Origin: Rozella allomycis CSF55
Lineage: Eukaryota
DNA: 32,400 bases
Reading direction: 5' to 3'
Assembly: GCA_000442015.1 (NCBI GenBank)
Contig: KE560855.1
Location: 1-32,400 of the forward strand
Shown here: piece by piece, positions 8,499-19,857 of the stretch
How the letters are laid out: every line of letters begins with the position of its first letter
Numbering within the stretch: the first letter of the stretch is position 1
Position numbers and translations under genes: made by a program
The notes under the pieces: model-generated
The model's input: only the letters and a program-made list of their open reading frames with translations
What the model was told of the DNA's origin: nothing
Database searches by the model: none

Positions 8499-11286
8499 TT
8501 AAACATGACCATTAGAAAACCTTGGACGACTGAACGGACTAACTAAATTCCAACGCTTATTCAGTATGATTGATTTTAGTCTGGTAAGAGCTCCTAATTT
8601 CGGCTTTCTTTGCTCTTCAAGCCTCATTGGTTCCATATTTGAACCGTTTTCAATCCTCGTAACCGCTATAGAAATAACAGGCATTCTTCCTTTATTAATA
8701 TACGAATCAAATCCCGGTTCGATAACAAAAAAGCACACGGCACATTCTTTTTCATTAACTTTTTCAATTGAAAAAGGCTAAATAACGTTTTTAATTTTTC
8801 ATACAGTGGGTGACAACGGAGGTAATGACTTATCGTCATCATCTGTTAAAGCAGCTGTCTTTAAGACTGTACGCTGGCTTTTAACTATGTCGATTGTTCT
8901 ATGGAAGCATGGTGCAGGTCTTTCCGCGAATACATTGCGCCTTCTTTGCTCAAGCCTATTCATATGGATAAGTCTGAAATTGTCATAGATCCTTTTTATG
9001 ACCGTTACTGTGGAGAATATCACCAAAATAAATACACATATCGTTAAAGACAATAGAATAATGTCTTCATTATTAGCCCGAATTCCCGAAGTTGCTAAAT
9101 TGGCTGAAACGTACAGAAATGTTGTTTCTTTTGCAAAACTTGTGATTCGAATGAGATAGTCACCTGAATATCGCCGGTTATCATTCCCCATCAAGGATAA
9201 TCGACTGCTACGTGTTATATTTCCGGCGACATTCCTGTATTGAGAACTTAGCATTTGTATGTTGATGAAAGAACCTGATAGCAAATTCGCATCCAGATCA
9301 AAGTACACCACAACATCAATATCATTTTCGAGTAGATTGAAAATTATATCTATTGATTGTTTAGGTTCTAGACTAATTCTAACCTTTTCACCGTCTATCG
9401 GAATATTGTATTCATTCAAAATATCACATCTTATATCTTACTTGATGGACAAGTTGTGGATTTGTAAACTGGACAGCTACTATTGAGAGAATTGAAGAAC
9501 TGTTTCCCTGAATCATAAATACATTCCCCATCACACCATGAGCAGAACGGTTTTGAAGAACAAATTTGACAGTTGAGATAACTACACAGATTTTTGCCTA
9601 TACTACAAGAAATTCAATTTTTTACTTTGGCAAATTTTTTGTTGGGAAGGACTTTTTCGCCCTAAATCTAGAATTGAATTTGGCAATTGCAATATATCTC
9701 CTTTAGCGAAACCGTTAAAACCGCCGTATACGTATAGTTCAGAATCTTTTTTGGCAATACTAAAACTTTTTCTTCTTGCATTTTGAAGTTCTGAAAATGT
9801 TGCTGAGGTCCAAGTTTGACAACCTTTTTATTTCTTCACAGATACCATTACTAATGTCATAGACTGATACGTCAGAATAGAAACATTCGTTCGAAGCGGA
9901 TTCAATACCTTTATCTTGCAAAGTTTATGAATACCTGAAAATGATAACTTTAACCAACCGCCATATATTAACACTCTATCCTGGGCTATTAAAACAGCAG
10001 ATGACCCCAATCGTAGTTTATCAATATATCTATACCAGTTAAATTCTATAAACTACCTCTCTTCACCAATAAAATCAAAAATTCTTCCTTCTATATCGAA
10101 ACGAAGCGTTCTCCAGGAGAGTAAGCTTGAAGCCCGGCCTACTATATTGAAAAAATAGATAGAGTTTGTAAAGGGATCAAAAACACCCGATCCTCCTTTA
10201 GTATACGCAAATATGGATGATACAAAGATCCAAGTATTTAATTCTCTATCATATTCTAATAGCATTGCAGGGTTAAAGTTTCCAAAGGCGTATATGGACT
10301 TGTTTGTTGCCACCAAAATAGGGTCTTGTAAAATAACTGGTGAACTTTGTAACAACTTCCACTGTCCATCTTGAAAAAGCAAATGAGTTTTAGTTACTAA
10401 ATGAATAAGAATAGAATGAGCTGCTGTATGCATTTTGATTTTCACCTCCTAGTAGGTACAAAACTCCTTCGATCTCCACCATAGCCGCGTATGATATTTT
10501 TGGCATTTCAAAGGTGTTATTAGAAACATCCATTAATGCCCAAGATAAGGAATCGATATAATTTTTTGTGTTCTATTTACTGAAATTGTAAACGTAAAAA
10601 TCGTTAAAGTAGGATGTTAAGTTTCTGCCACCATAGACATATAATTTGCCGTCAAGATAAGCTGACGCTTGACCATACCTAGCGGGTAGAGATACACCTT
10701 GTAAATAATTTAAACCTTTTTCTACTGTCTTGACAATATGATCCCTGAAAGCCTTGAAAACATACACAAGTATTGTTGACACAATTTCCGTTTCCAGAAC
10801 ATTGGAATGGACAAGAAGGCACCAAAGAAAAGGAAAGATATATCCCCTTGTTCACAATTGAGGAATCTGACTCAAAAATCATTTTCAAGCTGCTCCCCTG
10901 TGACACAATGGTATCATTGAAACCATTTGACTGCGACCTTGTTCCACAAAGAGAGGCTATCTTGGTTTCACCATCAAAAATATTAAAATAGTCATAGCTG
11001 GAAACTATTTAAATATATATAAAGTTTACCCGCATTCTGTAGCGAAATAGTCAAAGCTTATCATTATTCTTGAATTAGGATTGAGTGAAGTTAATGTGTA
11101 AGTACAGGATTGTGAATTTTGGTAACCTCCGATTTCATTTCCTATACGAATATTGCCTGTTCCATTATTTGATGCCAGGTATAATTCTGCATTGCTCAAA
11201 CAGCCAAAAGGTTCTAAGCCTGTTACAGAAAGCGCAAGATAGGACAAAACTATGAATATCAAAATCGAAGATTGTAGATAGAACAT
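8499..11286 (-). CDS. Attractin/MEGF8-like single-pass membrane protein (signal peptide, CUB, EGF, Kelch repeats, Cys-rich PSI-like segment, TM, cytoplasmic tail)
   Basis: Signal peptide MFYLQSSILIFIVLSYLALSVTG. CUB: CTYTL..FATECG|YDYFNIFDG..SLCG..MIFESD. EGF: CPFQCSGNGNCVNNTCVCFQGFQGSYC. Kelch: PARYGQASAYLDGKLYVYGG, VLIYGG, LYVYGG. Then FCSWCDGEC and TM IILLSLTICVFILVIFSTVTVI. Confidence 0.82.
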
Positions 11287-11324
11287 GGTATGGCTGGTTG
11301 CCAAGGAGTCAAATTAAATTTATT

Positions 11325-14300
11325 TTACCCTTCGGCTTCGGCATCAGTATCTCCAATGATTCGCAAAAATACTTCTTCCAAGGTGGTTTGACTCAAACCC
11401 CAGTCTTCTATTCCATGATTATGTTTATTGAACTCGATTTCTTTAAACAAGCGCGGAATCAGTCCTTTCTCGACACTGAATTCATAAGAAGTGTTAGTTG
11501 CGAAGCTGTCTATTCTTTTATGATCTTTTGGCAAAAGAGATTCTATATAACAAAAATAATAACTTAAATATTTTCTTACGCGGTCGCCTTTTGCATGTTT
11601 TCATGCGTCGCTGAGATGGTCAATTTGAAACCTGAACCGTATTTCTTCTTCAAATGAAGCAGAGACTATTAAAGGAAATTTAAATTAATACCCCAATACA
11701 CCTTAAAGTTCCTTTGGCCATTATTCCTATTCTATTGCAAAGGACTTCAGCTTCTTCCATGCTAAGTCAATATTTTTGATTGATCATACCTGTGGGTTGT
11801 CAAAATGATTGTCCTTCCGATTTTTGCTTCATTTATGATGTTCCAGATGATTCTTCGGACCTCTGGATCTAACCCAGTCTTAATTTAATGTTTATAGAAT
11901 ATGGTTACTGTCGGCTCATCAAGAAAAACAACTTTTCCTCCTCCAATTAAAGCAATCGCGATAGAAAGTCTTCTTTTTTCTCCGCCACTTAATCCCTTTG
12001 ATTGTCGGTCTTCAAAACTTCCCAAGGAAACAGACTTTAAAGCCTTTTGCACAGCATCCTTTTCTTTTTCTTTTTCAACTCCTTTAAGTCGCGCATAGAA
12101 ATATAAATGTTCCCCAACAGTCAAATCATCCCATAAAATATCGTGTTGAGGACAAACTCCCATGTTTCTGTACACATCATCCATTTGGCTTAAAACACTG
12201 TATCCTGCCAAAGTAGCAAATCCTGATGTGGGTTTATAAAGTCCAGAAAGGATGCTTATAGTTGTTGTTTTCCCCGAACCGTTAGGCCCCAATAATCCAA
12301 AACATGAAGAAGGGTCGACTGCGTATGTCGCGGTCTTAACTGCAATCTTTCCATTTGGATAAACTTTTCGTAAATTCTTTAAAACCAATGGACAATCTGC
12401 ATTGTAATGATCAGAGTGTACTCTCTCCCTCTCCATTTTCACATCGTCGTCTTCTTTCTCGATGTCTGCATCATTAACATCCCAATTATAATCATCCTAT
12501 TCATTTGGGAATCTTTATTATACCTGATTAGACTCTTTCTCCCCAAATAAAAGCTTCCCAATAAATGAGATGGGAAAATACCATTTCTTGCGAACTCCAT
12601 ATTCCGAAGGCAATACCGCACTTAGATATGTAGCTAAAAGTGCATAAACAAATATTTCCACAACAAGGGCGATCATAGCATTTGAGACTTCGTCACCAGG
12701 TATCACCTTAGACATTGAATAAGGCGGCATCGAATCGGAACTACTTGCCAAGGCGATTCTATTGATAGAGCGATAAAATGCAAAAGGTGCCCAGAAAAGA
12801 TAGGGCAATGGAGGCTTATCAGTGAACAATGTGCCTATTTATCAGATTTTAAATCGTATACCAGCAACAATATTAATCAAGACACTTGCAATGACAATGA
12901 GAAATGAAACAACTATAAAAATGCAAATTTAGGATTACTTAATGCATTTCTACTTTTGTTGAAAAAACACGAGAGCAAAAAGGCAATTATTATTTGAACA
13001 TGACCCCATAGGAAAAAGAGCAAAATATAAACACCAGGATCTGTTTTAACAAAAAAATCCAACCTGGCAACAACTCCTGCTATAATAAAGACAGTTGATG
13101 CCAAAAAGTGCATCAAATAAAAGAAAGCATAATGCATCAAGTAGTAAGTCCAAGTTCTAAGACCATTCTTAAATACGCAAACATTAAATTAAATACCATT
13201 TGCATCATTATCAAAATCCTGTCTTCCTTTTCCTTTACTAAAGTAAGAACAAAAACTGGAAGTAGAAAAGAAACCCCAAATGGGAATAAAATATTGCCTA
13301 AGACTCTATAGATCGGTCTTGCATCAAATCGATTGTTGATAACAACTGGCATAGTCCTTAGCCCATGATTGATGGATATATTTGCATTAGGCATGTAAGT
13401 TTTTGCAATGGCGTTTGCTAACCATGATTGTTGCATCAGGCGTCTAAATCCTTCACTTGGATATTTAGTAGACCGAGTTATTCTTTTGTCACTTCCAGTT
13501 TGAAGCGTATATGCATATTGATTATTGGAGGCATCGAAATTATTGAAAATAAAAGCCCCCTGTGGCATTTGACGAGTAATCTTGTCAACTTTCGTAACGA
13601 AATTTTGACTATTTAAAGGAATATTTTGTGTTACTATTCTACAGGATCAGGATTTGTTTGATACAATATAGTTTTGTTAAGTAACGCTATCTGTTCTAAG
13701 AGACTTTCATTAAGATAGTGATAACATTGTACTCATTAATCTTATTGCTGTAGTATGTGTTTATCGTGGTTTCAGGCTTAATAAAGAAGGGAAGCCTCTG
13801 CAGAACGTAACTGTTGTCATCCTTTTTGTCCATAAAGAAATAAGTTGGGAAATTCCCCAAGAATCCAGTTTTGTTCGGTTCATTTCCTTCCGAAGGGACT
13901 AGAGATGCATTAACTATGGGATAATTAAACGGGCTGTTTTGCAATTTGTTTCCCATGACTCCGTCTGTAGGCTCATTATACAAAAACCAGGGAAAAGTTT
14001 GAACAGCAGGTAAAGTAAGGTTATAAACAGGTAATCCAAACCATCCAAAAGGGGGATCAGGGCGGAAAGATCTAATATATTCGTGATATAGTTCTTTACA
14101 AATCTCTCAAGAATAATGGATTGGCAGCGTTAGGATTCTTTTCATAAGGGTATTTGTATGGATAATAGTTTTCAAACCAGTTAGCACAACTCGATGTTGT
14201 ACTACCAAGCGGTCTACCCATTCCACTATCCGAAGGAGCAATAAAGTAATTTGAAATTTTCCTTCCTAATGAGTCTAATGGCAGAGAAGACCTATCAGCT

Positions 14301-14716
14301 AAAGGTAGACCAAGAGTAAAAGTTCCGTTGTAGTTGGAACAATACACTACTTCTTGAACCACAATAAGACTATTGATCAAATTTGTCAAAACAAATCCCA
14401 ATATTCCTGCAACTACGACCATCATTATGGGGCATAAGGATATACAACACACGTTTACAAAGACTTGTCGCCGTTGAAAAGCCACTGATTTATGAAACTT
14501 GTTTAAGCATATATTCATTCTTACCAGAGCTCTTAATTGACATGTAACTAACTTCCTGTAAGTCAATGTCGATTCCCTTTGAGCTAACGGTGTGGCTCGT
14601 CCGTTCATTTTTATACTTACAGTTTGAGCCGCCGCATTTGACTCCGAGGGATCAATTATGGGAGGGGCTGATGGAGAAAGCATGGGTATATTAGCAGAAA
14701 TCGCATTGTCTTGCAT
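11325..14716 (-). CDS. ABC transporter subfamily A, half-size (one TMD plus one NBD), multi-exon
   Basis: Walker A GLLGPNGSGKTT, GVCPQHDILWDDLT, signature LSGGEKRRLSIAIAL, Walker B VFLDEPT|TGLDP, TTH|SMEEAE, LVKEKE..MMQM, C-terminal SQTTLEEVFL, and a large extracellular domain after TM1. Confidence 0.93.
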
Positions 14717-14816
14717 GCCACCAAATTTCTAAAAAAGAAAAACAAACACAGGTTAATAGGTTATACAAACTTGAAACGACTTTATAACAAAATTATAAGT
14801 CAAGAAATAAAAATCT

Positions 14817-16350
14817 TTATTGTATTAAATTAATTGATCGACTTTTTAAGTTTAAGGAACTAAATTTTGCCAGGAAAATGTCATTACTCTATGAATCCAG
14901 AATACTCCTGTTTCACGTATTCCACAAAACATGCAATAGTAAGCATTAAATTATTTCTACCGTTCTCAATCTCGTAAATAACGTTGTTTATGACCAGGTG
15001 ATACTGCGGTGGCGATTTCTTAACTTGGCGTATTTGAATGTACTCATTGAGACGAGCTACCTTTAGAATATACGGCAAAAGTTACCTATTTTCCCTCCTG
15101 AAACTTCGACAAAATATTTGCTGGTAAAAGGATGCGCCCTCTTTGTATTCAATTGGTCATCATTTTCTGTGAGCATATAGTCAAGAAAGACACAGAATAA
15201 CGACATGAGTAATTCAGCGTCAGTTGGAAATGCTGGAGAATATGGTTGACCGTTAAAGTAGCCTCCTTCGTTCCATTTGAAGTTTGCCAAAACTGACCCG
15301 GCTTCCAAGTCACGAATACGCTGTAAAATGTATTCTCTATGAGTTTTATTAGATGCAACTGATAAAAATTGTTCTAGAAACAACCGAGTCTTCGCAGCTT
15401 GATTAGTTTTAGCAAGATCATGCAATACAGAAGCATTTGTGCTTGTTTCATATAGTATCCCAAGATTTTGTAACCCCATTCTTTTAAATTCACTTTCAAC
15501 TTCGTCTATAGATTGAATAATCAAGTGTAACAAATGATTGGAAAACCACTTTTACAGGTTGATAAGTAAAGTTACCTTTCTCATATTCTCAATCAAAATG
15601 TCTTGTTTAAGGGTGGCATTTAATTTTTCAAAAAGCTCTAAATTAATGCTGCAAATTTTTACTTCATCTTGACCTTTCGTAATCAAGGAATGTTTCGATG
15701 AGTCCCGTTTAATTGAAGGAGACTGGCTAGAAGCAGAGAAATACCTTTGTAGAGGTACTAAAAACTGGGGAATACTGGAAGTAATTGACTTTGAAGGAGA
15801 TTCATATGACGTTAGATATTCTTCAAGATCTTTGGAATCTCTTATTTTAGATCTGGCCACAGGCGATGGAGAGAAATGAGATTGCTTTTGATTGGGCGAG
15901 ATTAGCGATTGATTTTTAGGCGTTACTTTGTTCGGACTAAACGGTGACCGGAATATGGGACTTGATAACGCACTTTTCTGGGCCATTCCAAGCAGCGGTG
16001 AATTGGGGGTTTGAAAAATAGAAGAATTTCCAGCTGCTGGGGTAGGCGGATAAATAACATCCGCTCTACTGTTTGATGGCGTTACATTGACCTGTTTACT
16101 GTTTACAATATGACACGATTCATTACTATCTTGGTGGCGTAAGTAGTTCATGCCTTTGTTTTTTCAAAATGTTGTTCAATTGTTCTTTTTTACCGTTATT
16201 CTTTTTCAGTCGATACTGGCCAAGATAGGCAACACAATATAGGAAAATAACATAACTGAAACCGAGAGAAACCTTTTGGGTCACAGTAATAATTTTTTCA
16301 TCGATAAAGTAGAGCAAGACGAACAAACCACACGAAAAAGGGACAAACAT
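14817..16350 (-). CDS. TMEM209: Transmembrane protein 209-like nuclear envelope protein
   Basis: Two N-terminal hydrophobic segments and an S/P-rich linker, then EYILQRIRDLEAG..FKWNEGG..PTDAELLMSLFCVFLD and PPQYHL..GRNNL..FVEYVK..SGFID|SLNL. These follow the conserved TMEM209 blocks. The start ATG at 16350 is inferred. Confidence 0.83.
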
Positions 16351-16380
16351 CTGCAAAAGGAGTTTTTGTAAATTTCAGAA

Positions 16381-17414
16381 ATGAAACTGAAAAAGTTTGG
16401 GGTTAATGAAGTTGATAATGCTTTTCGATGTATTTCATGTTTAAAATCGGTACCAGAACTCAGCTTTCCTGGGTTTAAAGACAGAATTGTTTCCGAGTCG
16501 ATTCTGGATTCTAAACAACCTTTATTTTCGGCTTCGAGGAAAAAATATGAGACATGCAAATATTGCAAAAAAGAATACGAAAATAGTTTTGATTTTCGAG
16601 AACACATAAAGTCTGATGAACATGTTCAAGCGCTAAAAGAATTTTTGCATGCCGAAAAAGATCGGGTAACTAAAGCCAATGATGAATTCATTGATTTTAA
16701 TGACTTCAATAAGTATCAAAGATATAATGATTTTTTTCCATTTGTGTTCTTTTCACACAAAGACCAGGTTTTGGCGATGTACAGACACGTTTTGAATTTA
16801 GACGAAAATATATATAGGCTAGCGTTGATGAATAAAGAAAAGACAATTATCGAGAAGTTTAGTGTCGCACATAAGCAGCTGCTACAGCCAAGCTCCATTT
16901 GCATTATTTTGCTACAGGGTGGATATTTTGCCTCAGCTATATATAGTGTACCCGGATGTAAAGTTATTGCGCATAAATCGTTACACAAATATACTACGAG
17001 AAAAAAGCAAGGAGGATCCCAAGCATCGTACGATAAAGGTGGCAAGAAACCAAAATCAGCAGGTGCCAATTTACGAAGACAAAACGAAAAACATTTGGAA
17101 GAAGTAAGCAATAAATTTAAATTTAAGCAGGATATTTTGAAACTGTTAGGGGATTGGAAGGTTATGATATCAGAGTGTTACCAAATCTACTTCTCCGCAC
17201 CTGGAATCAATGCGAACATATTATTCAAGTTTTTTCAAAAAAGTAATGTATAATATTTTGAAAAAAATGTCCAGATGATAGCAGAATAACTAAAATCCCT
17301 TTTGAGATTGAAAAGCCAAATTTTCAACAAGTTCAGATGTGTTTCAACGAGCTCAAAAGTTTATTTGTTTTAACTGAATTAGACCGTATAGACGAAATAA
17401 AAGTAGAGAAGTGA
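16381..17414 (+). CDS. VMS1: Vms1/ANKZF1-like tRNA-cleaving release factor (C2H2 finger plus VLRF1 domain), short form
   Basis: Zinc finger CKYCKKEY..FREHIKSDEH. VLRF1: ILLQGGYFASAIY..HKSLHKYTTRKKQGGSQ..SAGANLRRQNE. Last exon DDSRITKIPFEIEKPNFQQV ends at TGA 17412-17414. Confidence 0.88.
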
Positions 17415-17419
17415 GCCTA

Positions 17420-17806
17420 TTAGCAAATATAACCAATTTTGTGTTTCTCCCACGATAACAAAATAGACTTTAATAAATATGGATTTGGCATATTTGAGAT
17501 ACAGCAGTCTCTTATTATCGGATTTAATTTGTACCATTGATAATGAAACGAGCTTAAACGATATGTTTCTTTCCACTTGGTGGCCAATATGTCCACATCT
17601 AAATTTTCTGATGCATTTTCTACAATCAAATTAATAATATATTTGTATATCCAGTATATAGTCACATATTCGAGATAATTTAAGTCGATTTTGCAATTTG
17701 CCGGAGGTATAATTTCATAAATCATGGTAAACGCATGCACCAAATCATATACACCAGGAAAAGAATATTCCAAGATTTGTATGAGTTCATTAACATTGCA
17801 ATCCAC
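17420..17806 (-). CDS. Hypothetical protein; 5' exons unresolved (probably up to about 17960)
   Basis: A 128-codon open frame fills the gap between VMS1 and CDC40 in a gene-dense region. No motif was recognised, and no clean GT-AG path to an upstream ATG was found. Confidence 0.45.
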   Translation of the reverse strand: MDCNVNELIQILEYSFPGVYDLVHAFTMIYEIIPPANCKIDLNYLEYVTIYWIYKYIINLIVENASENLDVDILATKWKETYRLSSFHYQWYKLNPIIRDCCISNMPNPYLLKSILLSWEKHKIGYIC

Positions 17807-18010
17807 AAATTATATTATGAGATATTTTTTACTTAAAATGATGGTTGTAACCAATGGGTGCACACAATTGATGAAAAATTTCTTCCTATCAGAAATAGCA
17901 TAGCCTTCAATTTTTCCCTGTGGTGAATCTATATAATGCTAATGTTTAAGGTACGCATATTTAAATCTTCAGCCACACAATAAATTAAAAACAAAAGAGA
18001 AATTTTTTAT

Positions 18011-19830
18011 TTATACCCAAAGTTTAATAGTATTGTCCCAACTACAAGTAGCAACCTTACTTGGCTCCTGGGGATGCCAATCAAGTGACATTGACGCCTT
18101 TTCATGCCCCTTAATTTTACTGAGGTAAGTATATATAATAGATTTACCTCATTAAACGTCCACTGGACCAGTCCCAAATATTTAAATTTCCTTCTGCATC
18201 ACCAGATGCAACGAATTTTCCGTCATACGATGTGTTCAATTGTGTCGCATATCCAGCAATATAGTGTCCTACCAACTTCTTTTTACGATTTACTCGAAAG
18301 CTTTCGCCTCTCGCTGTATAAGGTAGTATCTGGCTATCTTGAGATTGTACTAGAAAGTAATCATCAGAAGGATGTGTTGCTACTGAAGGCATTACTTGCA
18401 TCTTAGAGTCAGCAATTTGTTTCACACAAAGAGGAACATCAAACTCCCAAACTCTTATGCTTTTATCGTCGGAAACTGACACAAAACGTTTATTCTCATC
18501 AATGTAAGCCAGCGAATTAACGGCAGCAATGTGTTGATCGTATTCTTGAGCGGCCCTTAAAGTACGTAAATCCCACTTTGTAATTACAAGAAAAATGAGT
18601 TACTAACATAATTTTTTTACCATGTCCCGCCAAAACCAAATGACCCTTGTCACCAGTAGGGAATGGTTTAACACAATTTACACTTTCATCCACGGAAAAT
18701 TGCCCCAAACATTTGCCTACTTCGGTATCCCAAACTTTTAAGTATTTATCGAAACTCGCTGACAATATCTTTTTGCCATCAAAAGTGAACGCTGCATCAC
18801 GAACTGATTTACCATGCCCAATAAACGTTCTCAAACACTTTCGTTCATGATAAACATCCCAAAGTTTAACTCTACCGTCCAGGCCGGCAGAAAGTAAGAT
18901 ATGACCAGATTTAGGAAAAAATCGAACTTGATTGACGCCTTTCGTATGACCCATATAAGTATATATGACTTTTTTAGGCATAGCACATTGTTCCTGTCCA
19001 GGCTGCCCATTTAAATGAACGTCAATGTCAGTCGGAACTTTCAAATATTTTTCTTCTTTTTCACCCTTTCCTACTATCAAATTAATATGAAATGTACCAT
19101 GAAAAATGCTGTATTCTTTTCCTGGCAAAGATTCAGCTTCAGCTTCCACCTTTTTCACATTTCGGAATCCGTACTTTTGTGTAAGCCTTTGAAATTCTTC
19201 TTTTTCTTCCTCATTATAGCCATGCGCTCTATCATTTGTATCCTCTTCAAACCCTGCCCATGGACCTTGCCAATTATCAACGTCAGAAAGGTCTTTAGTC
19301 GTTTGTTTTCTTTTCAGCGTGTTTGTACCAGTCTTTGGATTGTTCACAAAGTTTCCTTTGCTTGCGATAGCTTTTTCAACATCCCCAACGTATGTAGTAG
19401 TGTCTACGACACTTTCATTAGCGTATGCGTTGTTTGGATTTAGAGCATACCCTTTTGCTTCATACGTTAATCTTTGGGTTTCGAAATCATAATCTTTCAT
19501 CGTAAAAGTATCGATGTGACCTATTTGATTTAAAGCTAAATTTAGTACCAGTCAAATGATTTTTAATCGATTCAGCTTCGCCAGTGTTGGGGTTGGCAGG
19601 TCCCAAAGGTTTCTTATACAGTGCATTGTACGGAACATTATGTTCAATATGAGTTGCTGTTCTATCCGGAAATATGGTTTCAGTTAGGGCGTTCTGTTGA
19701 AAATTAAATAGCAACTTACATCAATATGGACGTTAGGTGCGATATTAACTTTTGATTTAATTAATGTTATGCTTTTGTTTACTTTAGTATTTTGTTCTTC
19801 GTCTGATCCATATTCAGCGATCGAGTTCAT
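18011..19830 (-). CDS. CDC40: Pre-mRNA splicing factor Prp17/Cdc40 (WD40)
   Basis: N..Y..LYKKPLGPANP, KNHLTG|HI, FETQRLTY..KGYALNP, GPWA, GHTKGVNQVRFFPKSGHILLSAGLD..KLWDVY..RKCLRTFIGH, QEYDQH, SDDKSIRVWEFDVP, GHYIAGYA, WHPQEPSKVATCSWD..IKLW. Five or more introns of 26-28 nt. Confidence 0.95.
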
Positions 19831-19857
19831 AAAAATATTCAAGAAAATTCTTAAATT

